DNA of 64,000 bases from an uncultured Acidimicrobiaceae bacterium (GTDB lineage: Bacteria; Actinomycetota; Acidimicrobiia; Spongiisociales; UBA5794). The DNA lies in the NCBI GenBank assembly GCA_947259365.1, contig CAMYMC010000021.1, forward strand, positions 135,816 through 199,815, written 5' to 3'. This document shows, one piece after another, positions 17,418-25,680 of the stretch; within the stretch, counting starts at the first letter, position 1, and the number at the start of each line of letters is the position of its first letter. Below the pieces are notes generated by a model that saw nothing but the letters and a program-made list of their open reading frames with translations, was not told the DNA's origin and searched no databases. The translations under genes and the position numbers were made by a program.

Positions 17418-19250
17418 ATGACCGAAGGCCCGTCGCCACCGGGCAAGCCGGCGTGGACGCCGGACGAGGCCGACATCGCCTCTGCGAACGTGACCGAGGT
17501 GGCCGCCCGCCTCGACCTCGCCGGGATCGAGGAGGTCCACCGATGGTCCGTCGAGCACCGCTCCGAGTTCTGGCGGCTCGTCGTGGAACGCCTCGGCGTC
17601 GTGTTCCGCCGCCCGCCGGAGCAGGTCCTCGGTGATGAGGACTCGGCGGAGCGCCCGCGATGGCTCGACGGCGCGAAGCTGAACATCGCCGAGAGCTGTT
17701 TTCGCCACGACCCGGGACGCGTCGCTGTTGTCGCTCGCCGGGGGGGCGGTGTCGAGCGGGTCACCTACGGTGACCTGGTGACGAGCGTGAGCCGGTTCGC
17801 CGCCGGCTTCCGCGAAGCAGGACTCACACCGGGCCGACCGGTGGGGATCGCGATGCCGATGACCCTCGAATCGGTCGTCGCCTACCTCGGCATCGTCGCC
17901 GCCGGGGGCGTCGTCGTCTCCATTGCCGACTCGTTCGCCCCGGACGAGATCGCCACTCGGCTCCGCATCGCCGGAGCGGACACCGTGGTGACCCAGGATC
18001 GGATGGTGCGCGGCGGCCGGGAGCTGCCGATGTACGAGAAGATCGTCGCCGCCGGCGCGACCAAGGCGATCGTCGTCGACACGGGCGCTGCCATCCCCCT
18101 GCGCCCCGGCGACGTGTCCTGGGAGCGGTTTCTCCAACCGGACCCCGGGCTCGTCCTCCACGTCGGCGACGCTCACGATCACACCAACATCCTCTTCTCG
18201 TCCGGCACGACGGGTGAGCCCAAGGCCATTCCCTGGACCCAGGTGACGCCGCTCAAGGCGGGGATGGACGCCCATTTCCACCACGACGTCCACCCCGACG
18301 ACGTGCTCGCCTGGCCCACCAACCTCGGGTGGATGATGGGGCCATGGCTCATCTACGCCGCTCTGCTCAACGGGGCGAGCCTCGCCATCCACGACGACCA
18401 ACCGACCGACGCCGCATTCGGGAGGTTCGTCGAGGAGGCCGGGGTGACGATGCTGGGCGTCGTGCCGAGCCTCGTCGCCACGTGGCGATCGACCCGGTGT
18501 CTCGACGGGATCGACTGGTCCGCGGTCAGGCGGTTCAGCTCGACCGGTGAGGCCTCGAATCCGGACGACATGCGATGGCTCATGTCCTTCTCGGGTCCGA
18601 AACCGGTCCTCGAGTACATCGGCGGCACCGAGATCGGCGGCGGCTACCTGTGCGGATCGATGGTCCAGCCGGCGATCCCGTCGATGTTCTCGATCCCGGC
18701 ACTGGGCCTGGACGTTCGTATCCTCGACGACGAGGGGAAACCGGCGACGAGCGGCGAGCTGTTCGTCGTACCGCCATCGATGGGGCTCTCCGAGGAGCTC
18801 CTCAACCGTGACCATCACCAGGTCTACTTCGACGGGACGCCGGATTCGGACGTCGTCCTCCGCCGCCACGGGGACCACATCGAACGCTTCGAGGGCGGCT
18901 ACTACCGGGCGATGGGCCGCATCGACGACACGATGAACCTCGGCGGCATCAAGGTCAGCTCCGCCGAGCTGGAGCGAAGCGTCTCCGAGGTGGCGGGCAT
19001 CGCCGAGGTCGCCGCGGTCGCAGTCCCACCTCCCGGCGGCGGCCCCAGTCTCCTCGTCGTGTACGCCGTGGCGGACGCGGGGGCGGCGCCCGAGCCGGCC
19101 GTCGTCAAGGAGGAGATGCAGCGCGCCATCCGCACCCGTCTCAACCCGCTGTTCAAGATCCACGGCGTCGTCATGGTGGACTCGCTCCCGCGCACCGCCT
19201 CACAGAAGGTGATGCGCAGGCTCCTCCGGTCGAGCTACACCGCAGGCTGA
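17418..19250 (+). CDS. AMP-binding enzyme (acyl/acetyl-CoA synthetase-like ligase)
   Basis: 610 aa from the ATG (MTEGPSPPGK). It has FSSGTTGEPK, YGGTE-like EYIGGTEIGG, GRIDDTMNLGGIKV and a C-terminal PRTASQKVMRR. Confidence 0.85.
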   Translation: MTEGPSPPGKPAWTPDEADIASANVTEVAARLDLAGIEEVHRWSVEHRSEFWRLVVERLGVVFRRPPEQVLGDEDSAERPRWLDGAKLNIAESCFRHDPGRVAVVARRGGGVERVTYGDLVTSVSRFAAGFREAGLTPGRPVGIAMPMTLESVVAYLGIVAAGGVVVSIADSFAPDEIATRLRIAGADTVVTQDRMVRGGRELPMYEKIVAAGATKAIVVDTGAAIPLRPGDVSWERFLQPDPGLVLHVGDAHDHTNILFSSGTTGEPKAIPWTQVTPLKAGMDAHFHHDVHPDDVLAWPTNLGWMMGPWLIYAALLNGASLAIHDDQPTDAAFGRFVEEAGVTMLGVVPSLVATWRSTRCLDGIDWSAVRRFSSTGEASNPDDMRWLMSFSGPKPVLEYIGGTEIGGGYLCGSMVQPAIPSMFSIPALGLDVRILDDEGKPATSGELFVVPPSMGLSEELLNRDHHQVYFDGTPDSDVVLRRHGDHIERFEGGYYRAMGRIDDTMNLGGIKVSSAELERSVSEVAGIAEVAAVAVPPPGGGPSLLVVYAVADAGAAPEPAVVKEEMQRAIRTRLNPLFKIHGVVMVDSLPRTASQKVMRRLLRSSYTAG

Positions 19251-19495
19251 GGGCCGTATCCACCGGTGATGGGCAACGTCCGCCCGAACGGGGAAGGAAC
19301 GGCAGGAACGAGCGCCGTGCCGTCGTGACGCCTCACGCTCGACCGCCGTCGGGATCGGACTCGTCGGCTGAATCGCCATCGTCGGCCGAGCCGTCCCCAC
19401 GTCGCCGCCTTCGGCGGCCGGTTGGATTCAGGAAACGCGGGCCCCCGGCCACATCGGGGGCGTGTGAGGTCGGGGGCGTGGGAGGTTGCGCCGTG

Positions 19496-20092
19496 TCAGC
19501 CCGGGTCGCGTTGTCGCCCCGCGGCATCGAGCCAGTCCTCCGGTTCGACGCCGAGCCCGTCGGCGATCCGGTTGATGTAGTTGAAGTAGGCGCAGACCTG
19601 GGTCGCGTCGTGGATGGCACGGTCGTCCCATCCCGCGGCCCGCAACGCGGCGACGTCGCCCTCAGCCATGTCTCCCGGTGCCAGCGAGAGCTTCTCTGTG
19701 TACTCGAGCAGGGCCACCGTCTTCGCATCGAGGCCGGCCGTTCTCCATCCCGTCGCGACCCGGTCGGCGAGCGCCCGGGCGTGGTCGTCGTCGAGGTCGA
19801 GGTCGGCGCCGATCTCCGACCGGAGATCGTGCAGGTGGGCCTGGACTCAGTACTCGCACTCGTTGGCGACGGAGGTGACGACGGCGATGAGCTCGCGCTG
19901 GGAGCGGCTCAACGGTGACTCGCCGAACATGAGCGAGCCGTAGAGCCGCATCGAGTCGCGCATCGCTTCGCCGTTCTGGCTCATGATCGCCACGATGTTC
20001 CAGATGCGTCCGGCGCGCCGCATCGCGGCCTCGTACTCGCGTCGCGTCGCACCGGTCGCGGCGTCCGGCGGGATCTCCTCGATGTACGGCAT
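19496..20092 (-). CDS. AhpD/carboxymuconolactone-decarboxylase-family peroxidase-related protein with CxxU (in-frame TGA; probable selenoprotein)
   Basis: Track ORFs 19847..20092 and 19496..19717 are in the same frame, with 43 open codons between them. Read-through gives ...LSRSQRELIAVVTSVANECEY[TGA]VQAHLHDLR...LLEYTEKLSLAPGDM...CAYFNYINRIADGLGV. This matches the N-x-C-x-Y-C-x-x-x-H motif with TGA (19847-19849) at the second Cys. Confidence 0.7.
19810..19829 (-). promoter_or_regulatory. SECIS-like hairpin downstream of the AhpD-like TGA
   Basis: On the minus strand: C-GAUCUCC-GGUC-GGAGAUC-G, an 8-bp perfect stem with a GGUC tetraloop. It starts 18-19 nt after the UGA. GGUC is also the apical loop I recall for the E. 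coli fdhF SECIS. Confidence 0.5.
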
Positions 20093-20132
20093 CGTCTCGG
20101 GACACTACCGCCCGGCTCTCTAGTCTTGGCCG

Positions 20133-21239
20133 ATGGCCGTCGTCTCCGTTCTCGTGTTCACCGCCGGGCTGTGGTTGGTGGGTTGGACGATCCTCTCCGC
20201 CGTCCGCACCGTCATCTTGCCCCGCAACGCTCAGTCGATCATCACCCGGGCCGTGTTCCGCAGCGTCCGGGTCCCGTTCCGGTGGCTCGCCGGTGAGCGG
20301 CGCACGTTCGAGAGCCGCGACCGGATCCTCGCCCTCTTCGCCCCCGTGGGTCTCGTGGCCCTGCCCGGGGTGTGGCTCACCATCGTCACCGCCGGGTACA
20401 CGCTGATGTTCTTCGCGCTCGGCGGCCGCAGCCTGGGAGAGGCGTTCCATCTCAGCGGCTCATCGGTCACGACGCTCGGCTTCGCCCCGGCCACGACGCT
20501 CGTCGAGAGGGCACTGGCCTTCACCGAAGCCGGCTGGGGACTCTTCCTCGTCGCCCTCATGATCACCTACCTCCCCTCCCTCTACTCGGCCTTCGCCCGG
20601 CGCGAGGCCCTCGTCGCCCTCCTCGAGGTTCGCGCCGGGAAGCCCCCCTCGGCGACCGAGTTCATCGAGCGGCACCACCGCATCGGGTGGCTCGACGAGC
20701 TGCGGGAGACGTGGCTCGCCTGGGAGCTGTGGTTCGCCGAAGTGGAGGAGTCGCACTCGAGCTTCCCCGCGCTCGTCTTCTTCCGCTCCCCAGATCCCGG
20801 CCGTCACTGGCTCACCGCCGCGGGAACGGTGCTCGACTCCGCCTCGGTGTTCATGTCGTCGGTGGAGGGCGTCGAGCGGGGTCCGCCCGGCGTCTGCGTG
20901 CGCTCCGGCTACCTCGCGCTGCGCAAGATCGCCGACTTCTTCGGCATCGCCTTCGATCCCGATCCCGCCCCGACCGATCCGATCTCGATCACCCGGGACG
21001 AGTTCGAATCTGCCCTCGATCATCTCGGCGGCGTCGGCGTGCAGCTCACCCCGGATCGGGACCAGGCGTGGCGCGACTTCGCCGGATGGCGGGTCAACTA
21101 CGACACCGTGCTCCTCCAGCTCGCCGAGGTCACACAGGCGCCCTACGCGCCGTGGACGGCCGACCGCTCAGCGGTGAGCCGGGAGCGGCCGAGGATGCGG
21201 CGTTTTGGACGCCGCGCCGGAGCCGGGCGGGAGGGATGA
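20133..21239 (+). CDS. hypothetical polytopic membrane protein with soluble C-terminal domain
   Basis: 368 aa with N-terminal TM helices and a pore-loop-like SGSSVTTLGFAP segment. No family could be assigned with confidence. Confidence 0.65.
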   Translation: MAVVSVLVFTAGLWLVGWTILSAVRTVILPRNAQSIITRAVFRSVRVPFRWLAGERRTFESRDRILALFAPVGLVALPGVWLTIVTAGYTLMFFALGGRSLGEAFHLSGSSVTTLGFAPATTLVERALAFTEAGWGLFLVALMITYLPSLYSAFARREALVALLEVRAGKPPSATEFIERHHRIGWLDELRETWLAWELWFAEVEESHSSFPALVFFRSPDPGRHWLTAAGTVLDSASVFMSSVEGVERGPPGVCVRSGYLALRKIADFFGIAFDPDPAPTDPISITRDEFESALDHLGGVGVQLTPDRDQAWRDFAGWRVNYDTVLLQLAEVTQAPYAPWTADRSAVSRERPRMRRFGRRAGAGREG

Positions 21240-21293
21240 GCGGACGCCCGGAGCGCCCGTAGACTCACGCCGAGGCAATCTGAAGGAGGTCTG

Positions 21294-22184
21294 GTGCAGT
21301 CCGATCCCGATCTGCATCGGTCGCTCCGCGAGCGGGTGGTCGGCGAGCACGGGGTGATCATGGTGGTGGGCGCCGCCAACACCGGGAAGACGACGCTGGC
21401 GCGTCTCCTGTTGACGGACGCGCTCGAGGCGGGCCGGTCGGTCGCCTTCGTCGACGCAGACGTCGGGATCTCGGCGGTCGGCCCTCCGGCATGTGTCGGC
21501 CTGCGCTGGATCGACTCGCCCGATGCCCTCTCCTCCCTCGAACACGCCGACGAGCTGCGCTTCGTCGGTTCGACGCAGCCCCAGGGCGTGGTCCTGCCCC
21601 ACGTCGTCGCAACTGCCGATCTCGTCGCGGTCGCGGCGCGCCGGGCCGACTTCGTCGTTCTCGACACGACCGGCGTCGTCTCGGGCGTCGTCGGCCAGAC
21701 GCTGAAGTACCACCTCACCGAGTTGTGCAAGCCCGCGCTCGTCATCGCCATGCAGCGGGGCGGCGAGTTGGAGCCGACGATCGGCATGCTGCGCCGGTTC
21801 CTCGGGACGCGGGTCGCCAAGGCTCAGCCCCACGACTCGCTCACTCCCTCGAGCCCGCTCGAGCAGCGAGCAGCACGGGTCAAGGGCTTCGCGGCCGCCC
21901 TCGCCTCGCCCCTGCAGCGCTGGCGGGTGCAGCTGCGGGTGTTCGCCCCCACCCTTCCGGAGGGGTTCGACCTCGACAAGCTCGAGGGCATGCTCGTCGG
22001 TGTGCAGGACGGCGAGGGGCGCTGCCTCGGGCTCGGTGCGCTCGAGTTCACCGACGGGGTGCTCCGGGTGGCAACTCGTCACGGCGATCAGATGAAGGGC
22101 TTGCGCCTCGGATCCATGCGGATCGACCTCGACACGTTCGAGACGGTCCCCATCCGGCTGCGCGAGCTCATCTTCGGGACGTAG
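21294..22184 (+). CDS. Clp1/Grc3-like P-loop polynucleotide kinase family protein
   Basis: GTG start preceded by GAAGGAGG. It has the Walker A MVVGAANTGKTTLARLL, then FVDADVGISAVGPP, VVLDTTGVVSG and LKYHLTELCKPALVIAMQRGGELEP, as in the Clp1 kinase domain. Confidence 0.65.
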   Translation: MQSDPDLHRSLRERVVGEHGVIMVVGAANTGKTTLARLLLTDALEAGRSVAFVDADVGISAVGPPACVGLRWIDSPDALSSLEHADELRFVGSTQPQGVVLPHVVATADLVAVAARRADFVVLDTTGVVSGVVGQTLKYHLTELCKPALVIAMQRGGELEPTIGMLRRFLGTRVAKAQPHDSLTPSSPLEQRAARVKGFAAALASPLQRWRVQLRVFAPTLPEGFDLDKLEGMLVGVQDGEGRCLGLGALEFTDGVLRVATRHGDQMKGLRLGSMRIDLDTFETVPIRLRELIFGT

Positions 22185-22207
22185 CCGGCGAGGCCGCCGT
22201 CAGTCCG

Positions 22208-22759
22208 TCAGTCTCCGGGCGCCGGGGCCGGGGCCTCGCGGTCGGGAGACATGACGGCGAAGCCGGCGTCGAGCGAGCGGACCGTCAGGATCCTTCGCCC
22301 CGGCTGGATGGCGGGACGGGGATCCGTCACCTCGCGTCCCAGCGCCCGCCAGCGCAGGGCGACGACCTCGAGCGGCGTGTCGGTGACGAGGGCGACGCCG
22401 TACAGGGACGGCGCTCTGACCGGTGATTCGATGACCTCGAGCAGGGGCCCCACGCGGAAGAACGCGGTGGGCCTTCCCTTCACCTCGATGCGGAGCCGGG
22501 GCGATGCCCCCGCCTCACCGATGACCTCGGTGGCCGTCTCGATGTCTGGGACGAGGAGCACGACGTGGTCGACGTCCCAACCGGGAGCCGGCTCACCGCG
22601 CGGCACGTCGCAGTCGGGAACGCCGAGGCCCGGCGGTGCCGGCTCCCATGCCCAGGCCGGGTCGCCGGTGGTGAGGACGGTCGAGGGGGTCTGGAGGGGG
22701 TTGGGAAGCTCGAACTCGTCCCAGAGAACCGGGAGGCGCAGCGCGGTGATCGCAGGCAC
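22208..22759 (-). CDS. glyoxalase/VOC-like domain protein
   Basis: The conserved part is VDHVVLLVPDIETATEVIGE...FFRVGPLLEVIESP. Start set at an in-frame GTG (VPAITALRLPVLWDEF) because codons upstream of it have poor GC3. The start is uncertain. Confidence 0.5.
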   Translation of the reverse strand: MPAITALRLPVLWDEFELPNPLQTPSTVLTTGDPAWAWEPAPPGLGVPDCDVPRGEPAPGWDVDHVVLLVPDIETATEVIGEAGASPRLRIEVKGRPTAFFRVGPLLEVIESPVRAPSLYGVALVTDTPLEVVALRWRALGREVTDPRPAIQPGRRILTVRSLDAGFAVMSPDREAPAPAPGD

Positions 22760-23099
22760 CCGGGGGAGTATCGACTGCCCGCTTCGAGGTGTCGAACCCG
22801 GCGTCGACCCCGGACGCGGCCGACGCGCCGAAGCCCGAGGAACCTTCGGCAGTTGCTCCCCGCACTTCCCCGAACGAGGTCTGGCTGCCTCAGCACCTTG
22901 GGCTTCGACGGTTCCGACCCTACGGAGCCGGCACGGAGGTTTCAACCCCGCCGCGCAAGGGTTTTCGGGCCGTCTCAGGGGTCTGCGCGGTGATGTTATC
23001 CATGTCAGTTGACCTCAACCACCCATCGGGATCGCCGGTTCTCCACATGTCCACACCAATCCACAGGGGGTTGTGCACAACGGGGTGTCGACAACTTTC

Positions 23100-23537
23100 T
23101 CAAGAGGTTTTTTCGCGGCTCGCAAACCCGGCGCGTACGAGCGGGCGGAACGCCACCTCGACGAGTTCGTAGACGGCGCCGACGATCTGATCGAGCGCGG
23201 CGGCGTCGAAGATCTCGAGCGGAATCCTGCCGATGACGTAGAGGTCACCGTTCCGGTCCATGGCGATCGAAACGGGCCACGACCTCAGGTTGCGGACCAG
23301 GCACTGCCGGTACACCTCTTCCCGGGAGTGGGTCGGCGGCGGCACGAGGTACGCCTCGACGGCGACGGTCCGCTCGCCGACGTCGAACCAGATCGTCGTG
23401 AAGTCCCTGCTGGTCTGGGCCATCCGCAGCCCTGGCCTTCCCTCGTGCTCGCCGGCCCAGACCACGGCGGAATGGGGGTCGTCGACCCAGGCCGTCGTCG
23501 TCTCGGCGATCACCCGGCGGGCCCGGTCCGGGTTCAC
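23100..23537 (-). CDS. YbjN-domain protein (the conserved gene found downstream of mshA in actinobacteria)
   Basis: 145 aa. The GTG start overlaps the mshA stop (GTGA). Sequence includes FTTIWFDVGERTVAVEAYLV...SIAMDRNGDLYVIGRIPL. Confidence 0.7.
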   Translation of the reverse strand: MNPDRARRVIAETTTAWVDDPHSAVVWAGEHEGRPGLRMAQTSRDFTTIWFDVGERTVAVEAYLVPPPTHSREEVYRQCLVRNLRSWPVSIAMDRNGDLYVIGRIPLEIFDAAALDQIVGAVYELVEVAFRPLVRAGFASREKTS

Positions 23538-24742
23538 GGGCTCGTGATCCCCTCGTAGAGCTCGATGAGACGGTCCGCCGTCGCCGGCCAGCTGAAGTCC
23601 CCCGCCTTTGTCAGCGCTCCCTGTCTCAGCCTGGAAGCGAGCGCCGGGTCGGAGATGATCCGGCCGAGCGCCTCGGCATACGCCGCCGGGTCGTGGCCCT
23701 CGACGAGGATCCCGGAGCTCCCGTTGGAGACCACGTAGGCGAGCCCGCCAACGCGTGCCGCCACGACGGGCAGCCCGCACGCCTGCGCCTCGGCGGCGAC
23801 GAGGCCGAAGCTCTCGGACCGCGACGGCATGATGAGCGCATCGGCGGCGCGATAGAAGTCGGCGAGCTGGGCGTGGGGCTGGGGGGGGAGGAAGTGGATT
23901 CGGTCCGAGGCGCCGAGGCGGGCGGCGAGGTGGTCGAGGGCCATCACCTCCGCCGGGCCCCCGCTTCCGCTCGGGCCGCCGACGATGACGAGGTGGACTC
24001 CGTCGAGGCGGGCAACCGCGTCGACGGCGACGTCGAGTCCCTTGTGCGGTTGGATCCTGCCGGCGTACAGCACGATGGGCTCGGGGCCGAGGCCCAGCCA
24101 CGTGCGCGCCTCGTCGCGGTCACCGGGGTTGAAGAGCTTGTGGTCGATGCCGGGTGGTGACGTGCACAGACGCTCCGGGCTCGCCCCGTAGTGCTCTGCG
24201 AGATCGTCGAACTCGTACGGTGTCGAGGCGACGACGCAGTCGGAGCGGGCGATCACCTCCTCCTCGGTGAGGTTGCGCATCAGGCTCGCCGACGGCTCGC
24301 CGGCTCTCCTCGCGAGATCCTTGACCCTGCCGAGGGTGTGGAAGGAGTTGGCGAGCGGGACGCCGAGGGCTTCCTTGACGATGACGCCCGACCATCCGGA
24401 GAGCCAGTAATGGCTGTGGACGACGTCGAACGTCGGCCACGACGATGTCAGCCATTCGATGACGCCATCGGTGAACGGCCCGATGTGGGCTGCCATCTCC
24501 GCGATCCGGATCCTCTCCATCGGACCGGCATCGACGTGGACAACCCGGTAGCCGGGCTCGACCTCGATCTCGTCGGGCTCGGTGGGCGATGTCCGCCGCG
24601 TGAAGACCGCGACCTCGATTCCCCGTCCGGCCATCGTGCACGAGAGTTCGTGGATGTAGACGTTCATGCCACCGGCGTCGCCCTGCCCTGGTTGGGCGAG
24701 CGGGGAGGTGTGCATGGACAGGTACGCCACCCGCGAGATCAT
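23534..24742 (-). CDS. mshA: D-inositol-3-phosphate glycosyltransferase (mycothiol biosynthesis)
   Basis: 402 aa GT4-family protein. N-terminus is RVAYLSMHTSPLAQPGQGDAGGMNVYIHEL. Also has HSHYWLSG and PSRSESFGLVAAEAQACGLPVVAA. Confidence 0.9.
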   Translation of the reverse strand: MISRVAYLSMHTSPLAQPGQGDAGGMNVYIHELSCTMAGRGIEVAVFTRRTSPTEPDEIEVEPGYRVVHVDAGPMERIRIAEMAAHIGPFTDGVIEWLTSSWPTFDVVHSHYWLSGWSGVIVKEALGVPLANSFHTLGRVKDLARRAGEPSASLMRNLTEEEVIARSDCVVASTPYEFDDLAEHYGASPERLCTSPPGIDHKLFNPGDRDEARTWLGLGPEPIVLYAGRIQPHKGLDVAVDAVARLDGVHLVIVGGPSGSGGPAEVMALDHLAARLGASDRIHFLPPQPHAQLADFYRAADALIMPSRSESFGLVAAEAQACGLPVVAARVGGLAYVVSNGSSGILVEGHDPAAYAEALGRIISDPALASRLRQGALTKAGDFSWPATADRLIELYEGITSP

Positions 24743-25680
24743 CGCCGGCCTCCTGCGACGCCCGTGACTTCGTAGAGCGGGCGCGGCTGCGCGCCGAGGC
24801 GGTACTTGTAGGCCTCGTCGCCCTTGAGCAGGTCGAAGCGAGTGCGCCCGGCGGCGACGGCGCCGCGGATGAGCATCTCGAGGAGGACGATGCCGGGGCT
24901 GTGCTCGCGGTCCTCGGGCTCGTACGTCGAGTTGTAGAGGTAGTACGCGTCCGGCTCCTCGAAACCGACCGCCATGGCGTGCACCCGCCCGTCGCCGCCG
25001 ACGAGCGCATCGACGACGGCCCCGGCGTCGCGATGAAGCACCGCGAAGAAGGACTCGTGTGCTTCGTCCATGAAGCTGCCCTTCTCTCCGGCGGAGCGCC
25101 GGTGCATCGCGGCGAAGTCCGCAATCGAGCGCCGTCCCCGTCGCCGCTCGAGGACAGGAGGTCCGAGCCCTGCCTCGAAGCGTCTCCGTTTCCTCCGCAT
25201 CTCGTGGCGGTCCTTCTTCGCCAGCGCGGCGAGGTACTCATCGAACGTTGCCGGGAGCGTGAGCACAGGAGCGACCTCGTGCTGACGGAGGGGCGCCGGA
25301 CAGCCTGCGAGCTCGACGGCTTTGGCGACGACCTCAGCGGCCTCGATCGGCATGCTGTCGAACCGGAACGGGGTCGCCTCGTCGACTCCGGCGAGGTACT
25401 CGGCGAGGAGTTCGACGATCCCGGCACCGCGCGGGGAGTGATAGTCGGTGACGTCGCCATCGCCCGCGAACTCGAGGGTTGAGGCGGTGCGCATCATCGG
25501 GACGAGGCCGTCCTCCGCCTCGACGAGGTGGATCCGAGCACCGTTGCCGAGGACGCGATGCCAGGCGGCGAGGAACTGGGCTCCGGCGAAGGGCCCGATG
25601 TGCGGCGCCGCGGGCGCAGCGTCGAACATCTCGGTCGCCCAATCGTCGTGTACCCGCATCGTATCGTGCCGCTCAATCAC
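24739..25680 (-). CDS. GNAT-family acetyltransferase (CelD/BioF2-like)
   Basis: 313 aa with a C-terminal YYLYNSTYEPEDREHSPGIVLLEMLIRGAVAAGRTRFDLLKGDEAYKYRLG. It overlaps the mshA start by 4 nt. The start could also be the ATG at 25659. Confidence 0.7.
   Translation of the reverse strand: MIERHDTMRVHDDWATEMFDAAPAAPHIGPFAGAQFLAAWHRVLGNGARIHLVEAEDGLVPMMRTASTLEFAGDGDVTDYHSPRGAGIVELLAEYLAGVDEATPFRFDSMPIEAAEVVAKAVELAGCPAPLRQHEVAPVLTLPATFDEYLAALAKKDRHEMRRKRRRFEAGLGPPVLERRRGRRSIADFAAMHRRSAGEKGSFMDEAHESFFAVLHRDAGAVVDALVGGDGRVHAMAVGFEEPDAYYLYNSTYEPEDREHSPGIVLLEMLIRGAVAAGRTRFDLLKGDEAYKYRLGAQPRPLYEVTGVAGGRR

Noticed and set aside
15912-19163. 1083-aa ORF on the minus strand spanning the AMP-ligase gene
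   Set aside because: Only its last ~230 codons (the C-terminal half of the MFS transporter) look like protein. The rest is an Arg/Gly/Pro-rich antisense shadow of the plus-strand AMP-ligase, which is typical of high-GC DNA.
19441-19490. Short tandem TCGGGGGCGTG(T/G)GAGG repeat between the convergent AMP-ligase and AhpD-like genes
   Set aside because: There are only two imperfect copies. This is probably part of a terminator region or a chance occurrence, and nothing further could be supported.
22861-23000. Possible tRNA-Sec (selC) or another tRNA, suggested by a UUUCAAC-like loop (GGTTTCAACCCC) and GGTTCCGACCC
   Set aside because: I could not build an acceptable anticodon stem, T-arm or acceptor stem on either strand.
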